NCBI GenBank assembly: GCA_963787335.1
Contig: CAWBCU010000029.1
Location: 24,091-64,090, forward strand
DNA: 40,000 bases
DNA from: an uncultured Solirubrobacterales bacterium
Lineage (GTDB): Bacteria > Actinomycetota > Thermoleophilia > Solirubrobacterales > Solirubrobacteraceae
Reading direction: 5' to 3'
The number at the start of each line of letters is the position of its first letter. The first letter of the stretch is position 1. Position numbers and translations under genes: made by a program. A model generated the notes under the pieces. The model did no database searches and was not told the origin of the DNA. It saw only the letters and a list, made by a program, of their open reading frames with translations. Below are positions 16,156 to 23,765 of this stretch, in pieces.

Positions 16156-16230
16156 CTACCGGGTGTAGAGGTACGACGTGACCTCGGAACAGAGGTCGAT
16201 TACCTCAAACTCTGGCTTGACCCATGTCAT
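16156..16230 (-). CDS. pqqA: PQQ precursor peptide PqqA (24 aa)
   Basis: The reverse complement reads ATG ACA TGG GTC AAG CCA ... = MTWVKPEFEVIDLCSEVTSYLYTR*, with the conserved W-x-K-P and E-V-T-x-Y (Glu/Tyr cross-link pair). SD GAGAGAGG is upstream. In the ORF track it is hidden at the tail of run-on ORF 16156..17265. Confidence 0.9.
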   Translation of the reverse strand: MTWVKPEFEVIDLCSEVTSYLYTR

Positions 16231-16265
16231 ATGGCGCCTCTCTCTTTCGTGTCGGGGGGTCCACA

Positions 16266-16294
16266 CCCTCGGGCACCTGTGCGGTGCCCGAGGG
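16266..16294 (-). promoter_or_regulatory. Intercistronic GC-rich stem-loop (perfect 12-bp stem, 5-nt loop) between xoxF and pqqA
   Basis: ccctcgggcacc (16266-16277) / tgtgc / ggtgcccgaggg (16283-16294) is a perfect inverted repeat. It becomes intergenic once the xoxF 3' frameshift is corrected (xoxF stop at 16314). No U-tract follows on the mRNA strand. Confidence 0.55.
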
Positions 16295-16313
16295 AAGGGT
16301 AATACGTGATGGC

Positions 16314-18007
16314 TCAGTCCGGCAGTGCGAACGCGAACAGCGCGCTGCCGTGCGAGGAGCCGAGCATCTTGGGCAGGAAGCCCTTCGGCCCAGCCGCCCC
16401 AGCCGCTCGGGGCGACGATGTACTGCTTGCCGTCGACGCTGTACGTCGAGGGGCTCGAGTGGTGGCCGCTGCCGCACTGGAACGCCCACAGGTGGTCGCC
16501 GGTCTCCGCGTCGAGCGCGTTGAACTCGCCGCTCGGCTCGCCGGCGAACACGAGGCCGCCGCCCGTGGCGAGGACCGACGAGCACATCGGGAGGTCCCGA
16601 CGCCAGCGCCACTTCTCCGCGCCGGTGCGCGGGTCGAAGGCGCTGATGGAGCCCGCGATGTCGTCGGCGTCCACCGCGACGCCCGCGCCCCAGTACGGGA
16701 TGCTCTCGACGAACTCCCTGCGGCGCCGCGTGGCCGTCGCCCCGACGTCCTGCACCGGGCAGTAGAGGAGCTCCGTCTGCGGGCTGTACGCCGCGTGCGT
16801 CCACTCCTTCGCGCCGGCCGGCCCGGGCCAGAAGTGCACCGGGTCGCCTTCCTTGTCGGGGTAGCGCAACGGCGTCACGTTGCCCTTGTCGTCGACCTCG
16901 CCCCAGTCGATGCGGTCCACGAACGGCACGACCCGGACCGGGTCCATGTTCGTGCGGTCGAGGATGTAGAGGAACCCGTTCTTGTCGAAGTGGGCGGCCA
17001 GCTTCTGCCCATCGAGGTCGAACAGGATGTGCTCCATCGTGGAGTCGTAGTCCCACAGGTCGTGCGGCGTGTACTGGAAATGGTTCTTGATCTCGCCGGT
17101 GTCGGCGTCAACCGCGACGCCGGAGTCGGTGTAGAGGTTGTCGCCCTCGCGGACCGCTCCGTCGAAGTCCGGGCAGGGGTTGCCCGTCCCGTAGTACAGG
17201 AGGTTGAGCTCCGGGTCGTACGTCGGGCGTGACCCAGCAGTTCGCGCCACCGCGCTGCCAGGCATCGCTGTCGGCCGGCCAGGTCTCCGAGCCGGGCTCG
17301 CCCGGCTTGGGGATCATGTAGCAGCGCCACACGCGCTCGCCGGTCGCGAGCTTGAACGCATCGGTGTGGCCACGCGAGCCGAACTCGCCGCCGGAGCTGC
17401 CGACGATGACCATGTCCTTGACGACCAGGGGCGCGACCGTCGCGCTCTCGCCCGCCCGCACGTCGCCGTACGTCTGGTCCCAGACCTTCTTGCCGGTCTC
17501 GGCGTCCAGCGCGATGATGTGCGCGTTCAGCGTGGTCATGAAGACCAGGTTGTCGGCCACGGCGACGCCGCGGTTGACGTTGCCGCAACACAGCGACACG
17601 TCGAACGGGGAGGCGTGCTTGTAGCGCCACAGCTCCTTGCCGTTCGCAGCGTCGATGGCCCACAGCTGGCCGTCCCAGCCGGAGACGTACATGACGCCGT
17701 CGACGATGATCGGGGAGGCTTCCCACGCGTACGTCGACGCGCCGGAGTGCAGGCCCATCGAGCCGGCCTGGAACACCCACTGCGGCGTGAGCTTGCCGAC
17801 GTTCTCCTTGTTGATCTGGTCCAGCGAGCTGTAGCGCTGGCCGTCGTACGTGCCGTAGTAGGTCAGCCAGTTGTTCGGTTCGTCACGGGCGTTGATGATC
17901 CGCTCGTGCGTGAGGCCCTTGGTTACGGGCGGCGCCTTGCCGACCTGGACGCTCAGGGTCGCGTAGGGGACGGCCGCGCCTGCGTCGACGTATTCCTCGG
18001 TTGCCAT
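16314..18007 (-). CDS. xoxF: PQQ-dependent methanol/ethanol-family dehydrogenase, XoxF-like (lanthanide-type DYD signature); two apparent 1-nt insertions
   Basis: N-part is ORF 17108..18007 (…NWLTYYGTYDGQRYSSL…DVSLCCGNVNRGVAV…AWQRGGANCWVTP). Middle is in the frame of ORF 16156..17265 (PTYDPELNLLYYGTGNPCP…TPHDLWDYDSTMEH…SGWGGWAEG). The C-end is in the third frame (FLPKMLGSSHGSALFAFALPD*, stop 16314-16316). Joins need removal of one base in GGG 17225-17227 and one in CCC 16381-16383. Span is 1694 nt = 3n+2. SD AAAGGAG is 8 nt before ATG 18007, with an in-frame stop just upstream. Confidence 0.85.
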
Positions 18008-18038
18008 TCAGTTGCTCCTTTTCAGTCCGGGCGATCGA

Positions 18039-18494
18039 CTAGACGGTCGGGCGAGGTTGCGGCGGGCGATCCAGACGCGCCTCGGCGGGCACGTCCCCGC
18101 CCACGACGATCGCTCCGGTCAGGCCGCGGCCCTCGTCGTTGCCGGTCGTGGAGCCGTACCAGTAGTAGCCCGGCCCGTCGAGCTCGAGCGTGGCCGTCCC
18201 CTTCGAGTGGTTGACAAGCCACAGGAACTGCGTGTCGCCGTTGCTCGGCATGACGGCGCAGTGCGTGTTCTTGTCGTCGTTGATGATCGTGAGCTCGATC
18301 GTGCCCCCGTGGGGCATCACGAGAACACCCGGCTCGTAGACCAGCTCATCCTCCGGGATCCGGATCGTGCCGGTCATCTTCCCGTCGGCACCCTCCTGCG
18401 CCTCTTCGACCTTCCCGCTACCCAGAACCCGACCCAGCGCGATCCCGTTCTGACGATTCAACTTCTCTACGTCAAAAACATCCGTCTCGCCCAC
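18039..18494 (-). CDS. Small soluble beta-sandwich (cupredoxin-like) protein, first gene of the xoxF-pqqACDE operon
   Basis: GTG 18494 is preceded by SD GAGAGGAG. VGETDVFDVEKLN...IRIPEDELVYEPGVLVMPHGGTIELTIINDDKNTHCAVMPSNG...LTGAIVVGGDVP resembles the cupredoxin strand pattern, but no full type-1 copper ligand set is visible. The stop lies 31 nt before the xoxF start. Confidence 0.55.
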   Translation of the reverse strand: MGETDVFDVEKLNRQNGIALGRVLGSGKVEEAQEGADGKMTGTIRIPEDELVYEPGVLVMPHGGTIELTIINDDKNTHCAVMPSNGDTQFLWLVNHSKGTATLELDGPGYYWYGSTTGNDEGRGLTGAIVVGGDVPAEARLDRPPQPRPTV

Positions 18495-18606
18495 GAAAGC
18501 TCCTCTCTCGTGTCGTTTGCTTGCACGCAACGACAGCGGCCCTCACCGCGACCATCCATCCCCCTCCGGGACGGCGATCGTATTACCGCGACGGTGCGTC
18601 CGCACC

Positions 18607-18688
18607 CACCCCGAGGGGTGGTGCCGTTCGCTTGCCGAGGGACACCGTTCGTTCGCGATCAGGTGCCGCTGACGCTGCCGGATAGGAT
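18607..18688 (+). promoter_or_regulatory. Candidate operator/promoter region: 14-bp palindrome, three direct repeats phased at 21 bp, and a TANNNT -10 box 10 nt before ATG 18698
   Basis: CACCCCGAGGGGTG at 18607-18620. ggtgccgttcg at 18620-18630, acaccgttcg at 18642-18651 and ggtgccgct at 18662-18670 (ccgttcg repeats at +21, ggtgccg at +42). TAGGAT at 18683-18688, with no SD before the ATG (a leaderless mptN-like transcript is plausible). Confidence 0.35.
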
Positions 18689-18697
18689 CGCGTCCGC

Positions 18698-19564
18698 ATG
18701 CGCGTCGCCGTCATCGGCTCGACCGGAGGCTGGCACGCCGAGCGACTCGTGCGTGCGCTGAGCGCCCGCGGGCACGAGTGCGATTTCGCTCCCGTGACGC
18801 GGATGGTGGGCCGGGTCGAGGGCGGCCTCTCGGTGCGCTCGCGCGACGTGGCGCTCGACGCGTGCGACGTCGTGATCGTGCGCGCGATCCCGCGCGGCTC
18901 GCTCGAGCAGATCGTCTTCCGCGTCGACACCCTGCACGCGCTGGCCGCGGTCGGCGTGCGCACCGTCAACGGCGCGCTCGCGATCGAGCACACGATCGAC
19001 AAGTACCTCGCCTCCGCGCTGCTGGCGGCCGCGGGTGTGCCGACGCCGCGGACCGTCGCCTGCGAGCGCGCCGAAGACGCGCTCGCGGCGTTCGACGCCC
19101 TCGGGTCCGACGTCATCGTCAAGCCGCTGTTCGGCTCGATGGGCTTCGGGATGGCGCGCATCGAGGACCGCGACGTCGCGCAGCGCGTGTTCCGCTCGCT
19201 CGAGATCAGCCGGTCGGTCTACTACCTCCAGGAGACGCTGCCGCACGACGGCGTCGACGTCCGCGCGTTCGTCATCGGCGACCGCGTGGTCGGCGCGATC
19301 GAGCGCGTCGGGAACGGCTGGCGGGCGAACCTCGCGCTCGGCGCGGAGCCGCGCCCGATCGCGTTGGACGAAGAGCGGGCGCGGATGTGCGTGCAGGCCG
19401 CGGCGACGCTCGGCACCGATTACGCCGGCGTCGACCTGCTGCGCGCCGCCGACGGGCGCGACTACGTGATCGAGGTCAACGGCATCCCCGGCTGGCGCGG
19501 GGTCGAGAGCGCGACGGGCGTCGACATCGCCGCGGCGCTCGTCGAGCACCTCGAGCGCACGTAG
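18698..19564 (+). CDS. mptN: RimK-type ATP-grasp ligase, tetrahydromethanopterin:alpha-L-glutamate ligase-like
   Basis: MRVAVIGSTGGWHAERLVRAL...DKYLASALLAAAGVPTPRT...VIVKPLFGSMGFGM...DVRAFVIGDRVVGAIER...ANLALGA...AGVDLL...YVIEVNGIPGW is the RimK/ATP-grasp pattern, in H4MPT gene context. Confidence 0.75.
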   Translation: MRVAVIGSTGGWHAERLVRALSARGHECDFAPVTRMVGRVEGGLSVRSRDVALDACDVVIVRAIPRGSLEQIVFRVDTLHALAAVGVRTVNGALAIEHTIDKYLASALLAAAGVPTPRTVACERAEDALAAFDALGSDVIVKPLFGSMGFGMARIEDRDVAQRVFRSLEISRSVYYLQETLPHDGVDVRAFVIGDRVVGAIERVGNGWRANLALGAEPRPIALDEERARMCVQAAATLGTDYAGVDLLRAADGRDYVIEVNGIPGWRGVESATGVDIAAALVEHLERT

Positions 19565-19613
19565 CGCGTCGGCTTGATCGCGGCGCCGTCGGAGCACCTA
19601 GAGCGCACGTAGC
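19531..19613 (+). repeat. Imperfect in-frame 48-nt direct duplication of the mptN-like 3' end, including its stop codon
   Basis: gagcacctcgagcgcacgtagc (19544-19565) and gagcacctagagcgcacgtagc (19592-19613) differ at 1 of 22 positions, and the flanks cgcggcgc(t)cgtc also match. In the mptN frame it reads ...IAAALVEHLERT* RVGLIAAPSEHLERT*. Confidence 0.75.
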
Positions 19614-20320
19614 TCGCCGGCCGCGATGGCGCCGCCGTGGAGCGCGGTGGCGACGAGGGCGCCGGACGCACCGGCGGCGGCCAGCGCGCGCAGGTCGGCG
19701 GCGTCGCGCACCCCGCCGCCCGCGAGCAGCTCGACGCCGGGGAAGCGGGCGTGCAGCTCGGCCAGCAGCGTCGCGTCGGGTCCCTCGCCGGAGCCGACGC
19801 GCTTGAGATCGAGCACGATCGCCTCGCGCGCGCCGGCCTCCGCGAAGTGCGCGAGCCCGTCGACCGCGGCGGCGCCGCTCAGCGCGGGGTCGAGCGAGAC
19901 CAGCCGCCCGCCGCGCAGGTCGAGGCTGAGCACGAGCGGGGCGTCGGGCAGCTCGGCCTGGAGCCGCCGGAACGCCTCCGCGCCGGGCAGCGACTCGGTG
20001 CCGATCACGACCCGCGCGACACCCAGCTCGAGGAGCCGTCGGACCGCCGGCGCCGTCGCGGTCCCGGCGTCCACCATCACCCGCGCCTCGCGCGCCAGCG
20101 CGGCGACGACGTCCGCGTGCGGCGGGCCACCGCCGATCGCGTCAAGGTCGGCGACGTAGAGCTCGTCGAGGCCGAAGCGCTCGCGCACCGCGCGCGTCAC
20201 CTCCACCGGGTCCGACCCCTCGGCGATCCCGCTGCGCAGCGGGCGGTAGCGTTCGCGATCCCCGCGGACCGCGTGCACCGCGACGCCGCCCTTGAGATCG
20301 ATGACCGGGATCACTCGCAT
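19598..20320 (-). CDS. HisA/HisF-family TIM-barrel protein (H4MPT-island type)
   Basis: MRVIPVIDLKGGVAVHAVRGDRERY...ELYVADLDAI...VIGTESL...IVLDLKRVGSGEGPD...LLAGGGVRDAADL is the HisA/HisF pattern. Confidence 0.8.
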   Translation of the reverse strand: MRVIPVIDLKGGVAVHAVRGDRERYRPLRSGIAEGSDPVEVTRAVRERFGLDELYVADLDAIGGGPPHADVVAALAREARVMVDAGTATAPAVRRLLELGVARVVIGTESLPGAEAFRRLQAELPDAPLVLSLDLRGGRLVSLDPALSGAAAVDGLAHFAEAGAREAIVLDLKRVGSGEGPDATLLAELHARFPGVELLAGGGVRDAADLRALAAAGASGALVATALHGGAIAAGELRAL

Positions 20321-20338
20321 GATCGGGAAGCTTCACTC

Positions 20339-21386
20339 ATGCCCGGCGTGATCGGCCTCGACATCGGGGGCGTCAACACGAAGGCGGTGTGGCGGGACGG
20401 CGACGCGGTGCGCACGATCCTGCGCCCGTACGACGTCGTGCGCGACCCGGGGTCGTTGACCGCCGTCGTGCGCGACGTCGTGGCCGAGCTGGCGGGGGAG
20501 GGGCCCGAGCTCGTGGCGCTGACGATGACGGCGGAGCTCTCCGACGAGTTCCGGACCAAGCGCGAGGGCGTGGGCTTCGTGCTCGACGCGGTCGAGGCCG
20601 CCGTCGGCGGCGGGCGGGTCCTGGTCTTCACGACCGCGGGCGAGCTCGTCGAGCCTCGAGGCGGCGCGGGCGCGGCCGCTCGACGTCGCCGCGGCCAACT
20701 GGGTGGCGAGCGCCCTCGCGGTCGGTGCCGTGCACCCGGACGCGCTGATGCTCGACGTCGGCAGCACGACCACCGACGTGATCCCGATCGCGGCCGGCCG
20801 CGTCGCCGCCGCGGGTCGCACGGACCTCGACCGGCTCCTGGCGGGCGAGCTCGTCTACACCGGCGCGCTGCGCACGAACCTGGCGGCGATCGCTCCGCGG
20901 GTGCCGGTCCGCGGACGCTGGTGCCCGGTCGCGTCGGAGCTGTTCGCGATCAGCGGCGACGTGCACCTGATCCTCGGACACCTGGCGCCCGAGGCCTACA
21001 CGTGCCCGACGCCGGACGGGCGGGCCGCGAGCGTCGAGTGCGCGCGCGAGCGCGTGGCGCGGCTCGTCTGCGCCGATGTCGAGCAGCTCGATGTCGCCGA
21101 GATCGACGCCATCGCCGCGTTCCTGCACGCCGAGCAGGTCCGCCAGATCGAGGTGGCGGTGCGACAGGTCGGCACGGACTCCGCGGAGCACGTCGGCCCC
21201 CTCGGGGCGGCCGCTGGGCGGGTCGGCACGGATACCGCGGTCGTCCCGCTCGGCGTGGGAGCGTTCCTCGCTCGCGCGGTGGCGGAGCGCCTCGGCCGCC
21301 CGGTGCTCGAGCTGCCGTGGAGCGCGGAGCAGCGCGACGCGGCACCCGCGGCGGCGCTCGCCGACCTTGCGGCCGCGGCGTGCTGA
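20339..21386 (+). CDS. Hydantoinase/oxoprolinase-like ASKHA protein of the H4MPT-linked C1 island (MfnF-like); frame interrupted near 20654-20655
   Basis: MPGVIGLDIGGVNTKAVWRDG...LVFTTAGELVE (frame of ORF 19637..) continues as LEAARARPLDVAAANWVASALAVGAVHPDALMLDVGSTTTDVIPI... (frame of ORF 20703..21386) if one C at 20654-20655 is skipped. Span is 1048 nt = 3n+1. Confidence 0.75.
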
Positions 21387-22043
21387 CCGTCGTCAAGGTC
21401 GGCGGCGGGCTCGCACGGGAGGCCGGCGACGACGCGCTGCGCGCGCTCTGCACCGCGCTCGCGGAGGCGGGCACGCGCCACCCGCTGCTCGTCGTGCCGG
21501 GCGGCGCGGAGTTCGCGGACGCGGTCCGCGCCCACGACGACCGGTTCGGCCTGCGGGCGCAGAGCGCGCACCGGATGGCGATCCTCGCGATGGATCAGTT
21601 CGGGTGGGCGCTCGCCGACCTCATCCCGGGCGCGGCGCGCTGCGTTGACCTCGGGCCGCTGCCCGACGGTGTCGTCTCGGTCCTGCTGCCGGCCGCGCTG
21701 CTCGCGGAGCGCGACCCGCTGCCCGAGTCCTGGGACGTCACCTCGGACTCGATCGCCGCGTGGGTGGCCGGCGCCGCCGGCGCCTCGCGCCTCGTGCTGC
21801 TGAAGCCGGTCCCGGGCCTCTACCGCACCTGGCCGCCGTCGGGCGAGCCGATCGCCCGGCTCACCGTCGACGAGCTCGCCGCGCTGGCGCCCGCGGGGGT
21901 CGACGGCTACCTGCCCACCGCGCTGCGGACGGCGCCAGTCGAGACCTGGGTGATCGACGGCGGCGATCCGGCGCGGTTGGTCGAACTGCTCGACACGGGG
22001 CGTGACGGCCGGGACGGTCGTGACCGGGGGTGTGCGGAGTTAA
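21380..22043 (+). CDS. Amino-acid-kinase-family protein (archaeal-type kinase, MfnE-like); frame interrupted near 21997-22000
   Basis: GTG 21380 overlaps the upstream stop. VLTVVKVGGGLAREAGDD...LLVVPGGAEFADAVR...SDSIAAWVAGAAGASRLVLLKPVPG... As given, the frame runs on with no stop until 23257. Removing one G of GGGG 21997-22000 gives ...ELLDTGVTAGTVVTGGVRS* (TAA 22041-22043). Span is 664 nt = 3n+1. Confidence 0.7.
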
Positions 22044-22054
22044 TGCGCAGTTCG

Positions 22055-22780
22055 TCACGAAGCAAGGCGCGGCGTCTCGACCGCGCACACCCCGCGCAGC
22101 TGCGCGATCCGCGCCGGGTCGAGCGCGGCGGTGCGCCGACCGTCAACGCACGCGGCCGAGCGGACACCGGCGATGTCGGCGCCCGTTTCGCGAACAGTCG
22201 GCAGGTCCTCCGCGCGCAGCTCCCCCGCCAGCGCGATCTCGAGCCCGGCGCCATGCGCCTCGGCGACCAACTCAGCCAGCGCGTCGACTCCGAGCCACGA
22301 CAGCAACCCGCGCCCGTCCTTCACGGCGGTGTCGATCAGGCAACCACGAAGGCCCGCCGCCCGCGCCACCGCGACCAGCTCCGAAGGTGCCAGCGGCCGG
22401 CGCGAAACGCGCGCCGCGTCCGCGTAGGCGACCGCGACGACCTCCGCCTCGCCCTCGACCGCGACCCGAGCAGCGCGCAGGACCGCGACGGCGTCGTCCG
22501 CGCGAACGACGCCCCACAGCCCGAGCTTCACGAACGCCGCACCCGAGCGCGCCGCGCCGACCGCGGCGAGCGCGGCCGTGCCCGGGAGGCAGGGCAGGTC
22601 GCCGAGCGCCGCGCTGAGCGGCAGCGGCCCCGGGACCACGTCGCGGACCTGCGCGATCACGCCCGGAGCCGGCGCGCCCAGCGACCCCTCGGACGGGTTC
22701 TTCACGTCGACGATGTCGACCCCGCCGGCCACCGCCAGCTCCGCCTCGACCGCGTCGACCACGCTCACCAGCAGCCTCAC
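22055..22780 (-). CDS. mfnB: (5-formylfuran-3-yl)methyl phosphate synthase (methanofuran biosynthesis)
   Basis: VRLLVSVVDAVEAELAVAGGVDIVDVKNPSEGSLGAPAPGVIAQVRDVV...FVKLGL...CLIDTAVKDGRGLL... is the MfnB (DUF556) pattern. A candidate GTG at 22780 lies inside a GTGA. Confidence 0.8.
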   Translation of the reverse strand: MRLLVSVVDAVEAELAVAGGVDIVDVKNPSEGSLGAPAPGVIAQVRDVVPGPLPLSAALGDLPCLPGTAALAAVGAARSGAAFVKLGLWGVVRADDAVAVLRAARVAVEGEAEVVAVAYADAARVSRRPLAPSELVAVARAAGLRGCLIDTAVKDGRGLLSWLGVDALAELVAEAHGAGLEIALAGELRAEDLPTVRETGADIAGVRSAACVDGRRTAALDPARIAQLRGVCAVETPRLAS

Positions 22781-23765
22781 AGTGACCTCCACCCGCGCGC
22801 CTCCGTTGTCGAAGCGCACGACCTCCGCCCGCCCGCCGGCGCCGAGGTCGAGCCCGCGCACGATCTCCTGCCCCTGCTCCTCGCTGCCGACGATCCCGTA
22901 GACGGCAGGGCCCCACGAGCTCTGGCCGGCGCCGGCCGCCCCGAGCCGCAGCAGCGTGTCGACGAGCGGGCCGGCCTGCGGGTGGAACGTGCCGCCCTGC
23001 ACCGGCGCGAACGAGTCGCCCACCAGCTGCTGGATCTGGGTGAGCGCCGAGCCGAACTCGGCGAGGTCGTGCTCGACGAGCCCCGGGAGCAGCGCGGTCA
23101 GGACGAGCTGGGCGATCTCGGCCGAGCGAGCGGGATCGGGGCGCAGCTCCCCGAACGCCGATGCTTCGGCGCCGCCCGAGAGGCCCGGCTCGGCCGCGGG
23201 GATCACGAGCACGCAGCGCCAGTCGTCGGGCATCGCATGCCGAGTCAGCAGCGGTGAGGGGTCGGCCGACCCGGGGCGCCGACCGCCCTCGACGACGAAG
23301 CCGCCGAGCGCGAACGTCCACAGGCCGACGGCCGAGCGCGCGCCGCGGCCCGCCATCCGCGCCATCGTCGCGGGATCCGGCGACTGCCCCGCCAGCGCGG
23401 ACAGCGCCGCCGCCACGGCGAGCGCCAGCTTCGTCCCGGAGCCGAGGCCGGCATGCGCGGGGATGGCCTCGAGCACTCGCACGTGCGCCCCGGTCGTCAG
23501 GCCGAGCGCGTCGCGGCAACGCTGCGCCACGGCGAGCGCGCGCTCGGCGTCCGGTCCCTCCGCGGTGAGCTCGCCGCTCGCTCTCGGCGCGCGGCGCGCG
23601 TCGGCGCCCAGGTCCTTCGACGTTGATGTCGTCGCTCACCTCGACGACCACGGCCGGCCGGCTGACCGCGACGCCCAGGCCGCCGAAGCGGCGGGTGCCG
23701 TCGCCGGAGACGTCGAGCATGCCCATGTGCAGCCGCGCGGGCGCCTCGACGCGGACGGTGGTCAT
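22777..23765 (-). CDS. mptG: Beta-ribofuranosylaminobenzene 5'-phosphate synthase (GHMP-kinase fold); one clear frameshift (23607-23609) and a possible second (22792-22794)
   Basis: ATG 23765 overlaps the DUF447 stop. MTTVRVEAPARLHMGMLDVSGDGTRRFGGLGVAV...DDINVEGPG continues as ADARRAPRASGELTAEGPDAERALAVAQRCRDALGL...EAIPAHAGLGSGTKLALAV...QSSWGPAVYGIV after removing one base of CCC 23607-23609. The 3' end either reads straight into mfnB (a fusion) or, with one G fewer at 22792-22794, ends ...GGARWRSL* at TGA 22777-22779. Confidence 0.8.

Noticed and set aside
18039-18494. Calling the small xoxF-linked protein a blue-copper (type 1) cupredoxin electron carrier
   Set aside because: Only one Cys (THCAVM) is present, and there is no C-terminal C-x(2-4)-H-x(2-4)-M loop. 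The copper site cannot be supported from sequence, so I keep the protein as cupredoxin-like with unknown cofactor.
19637-23257. 1206-aa plus-strand ORF
   Set aside because: It is a chimera. It contains the real N-terminal part of the MfnF-like gene (20339 to about 20654) and most of the MfnE-like gene (21380 to about 21997). These are joined by out-of-frame and antisense read-through that exists only because stop codons are rare and because of the frameshifts.
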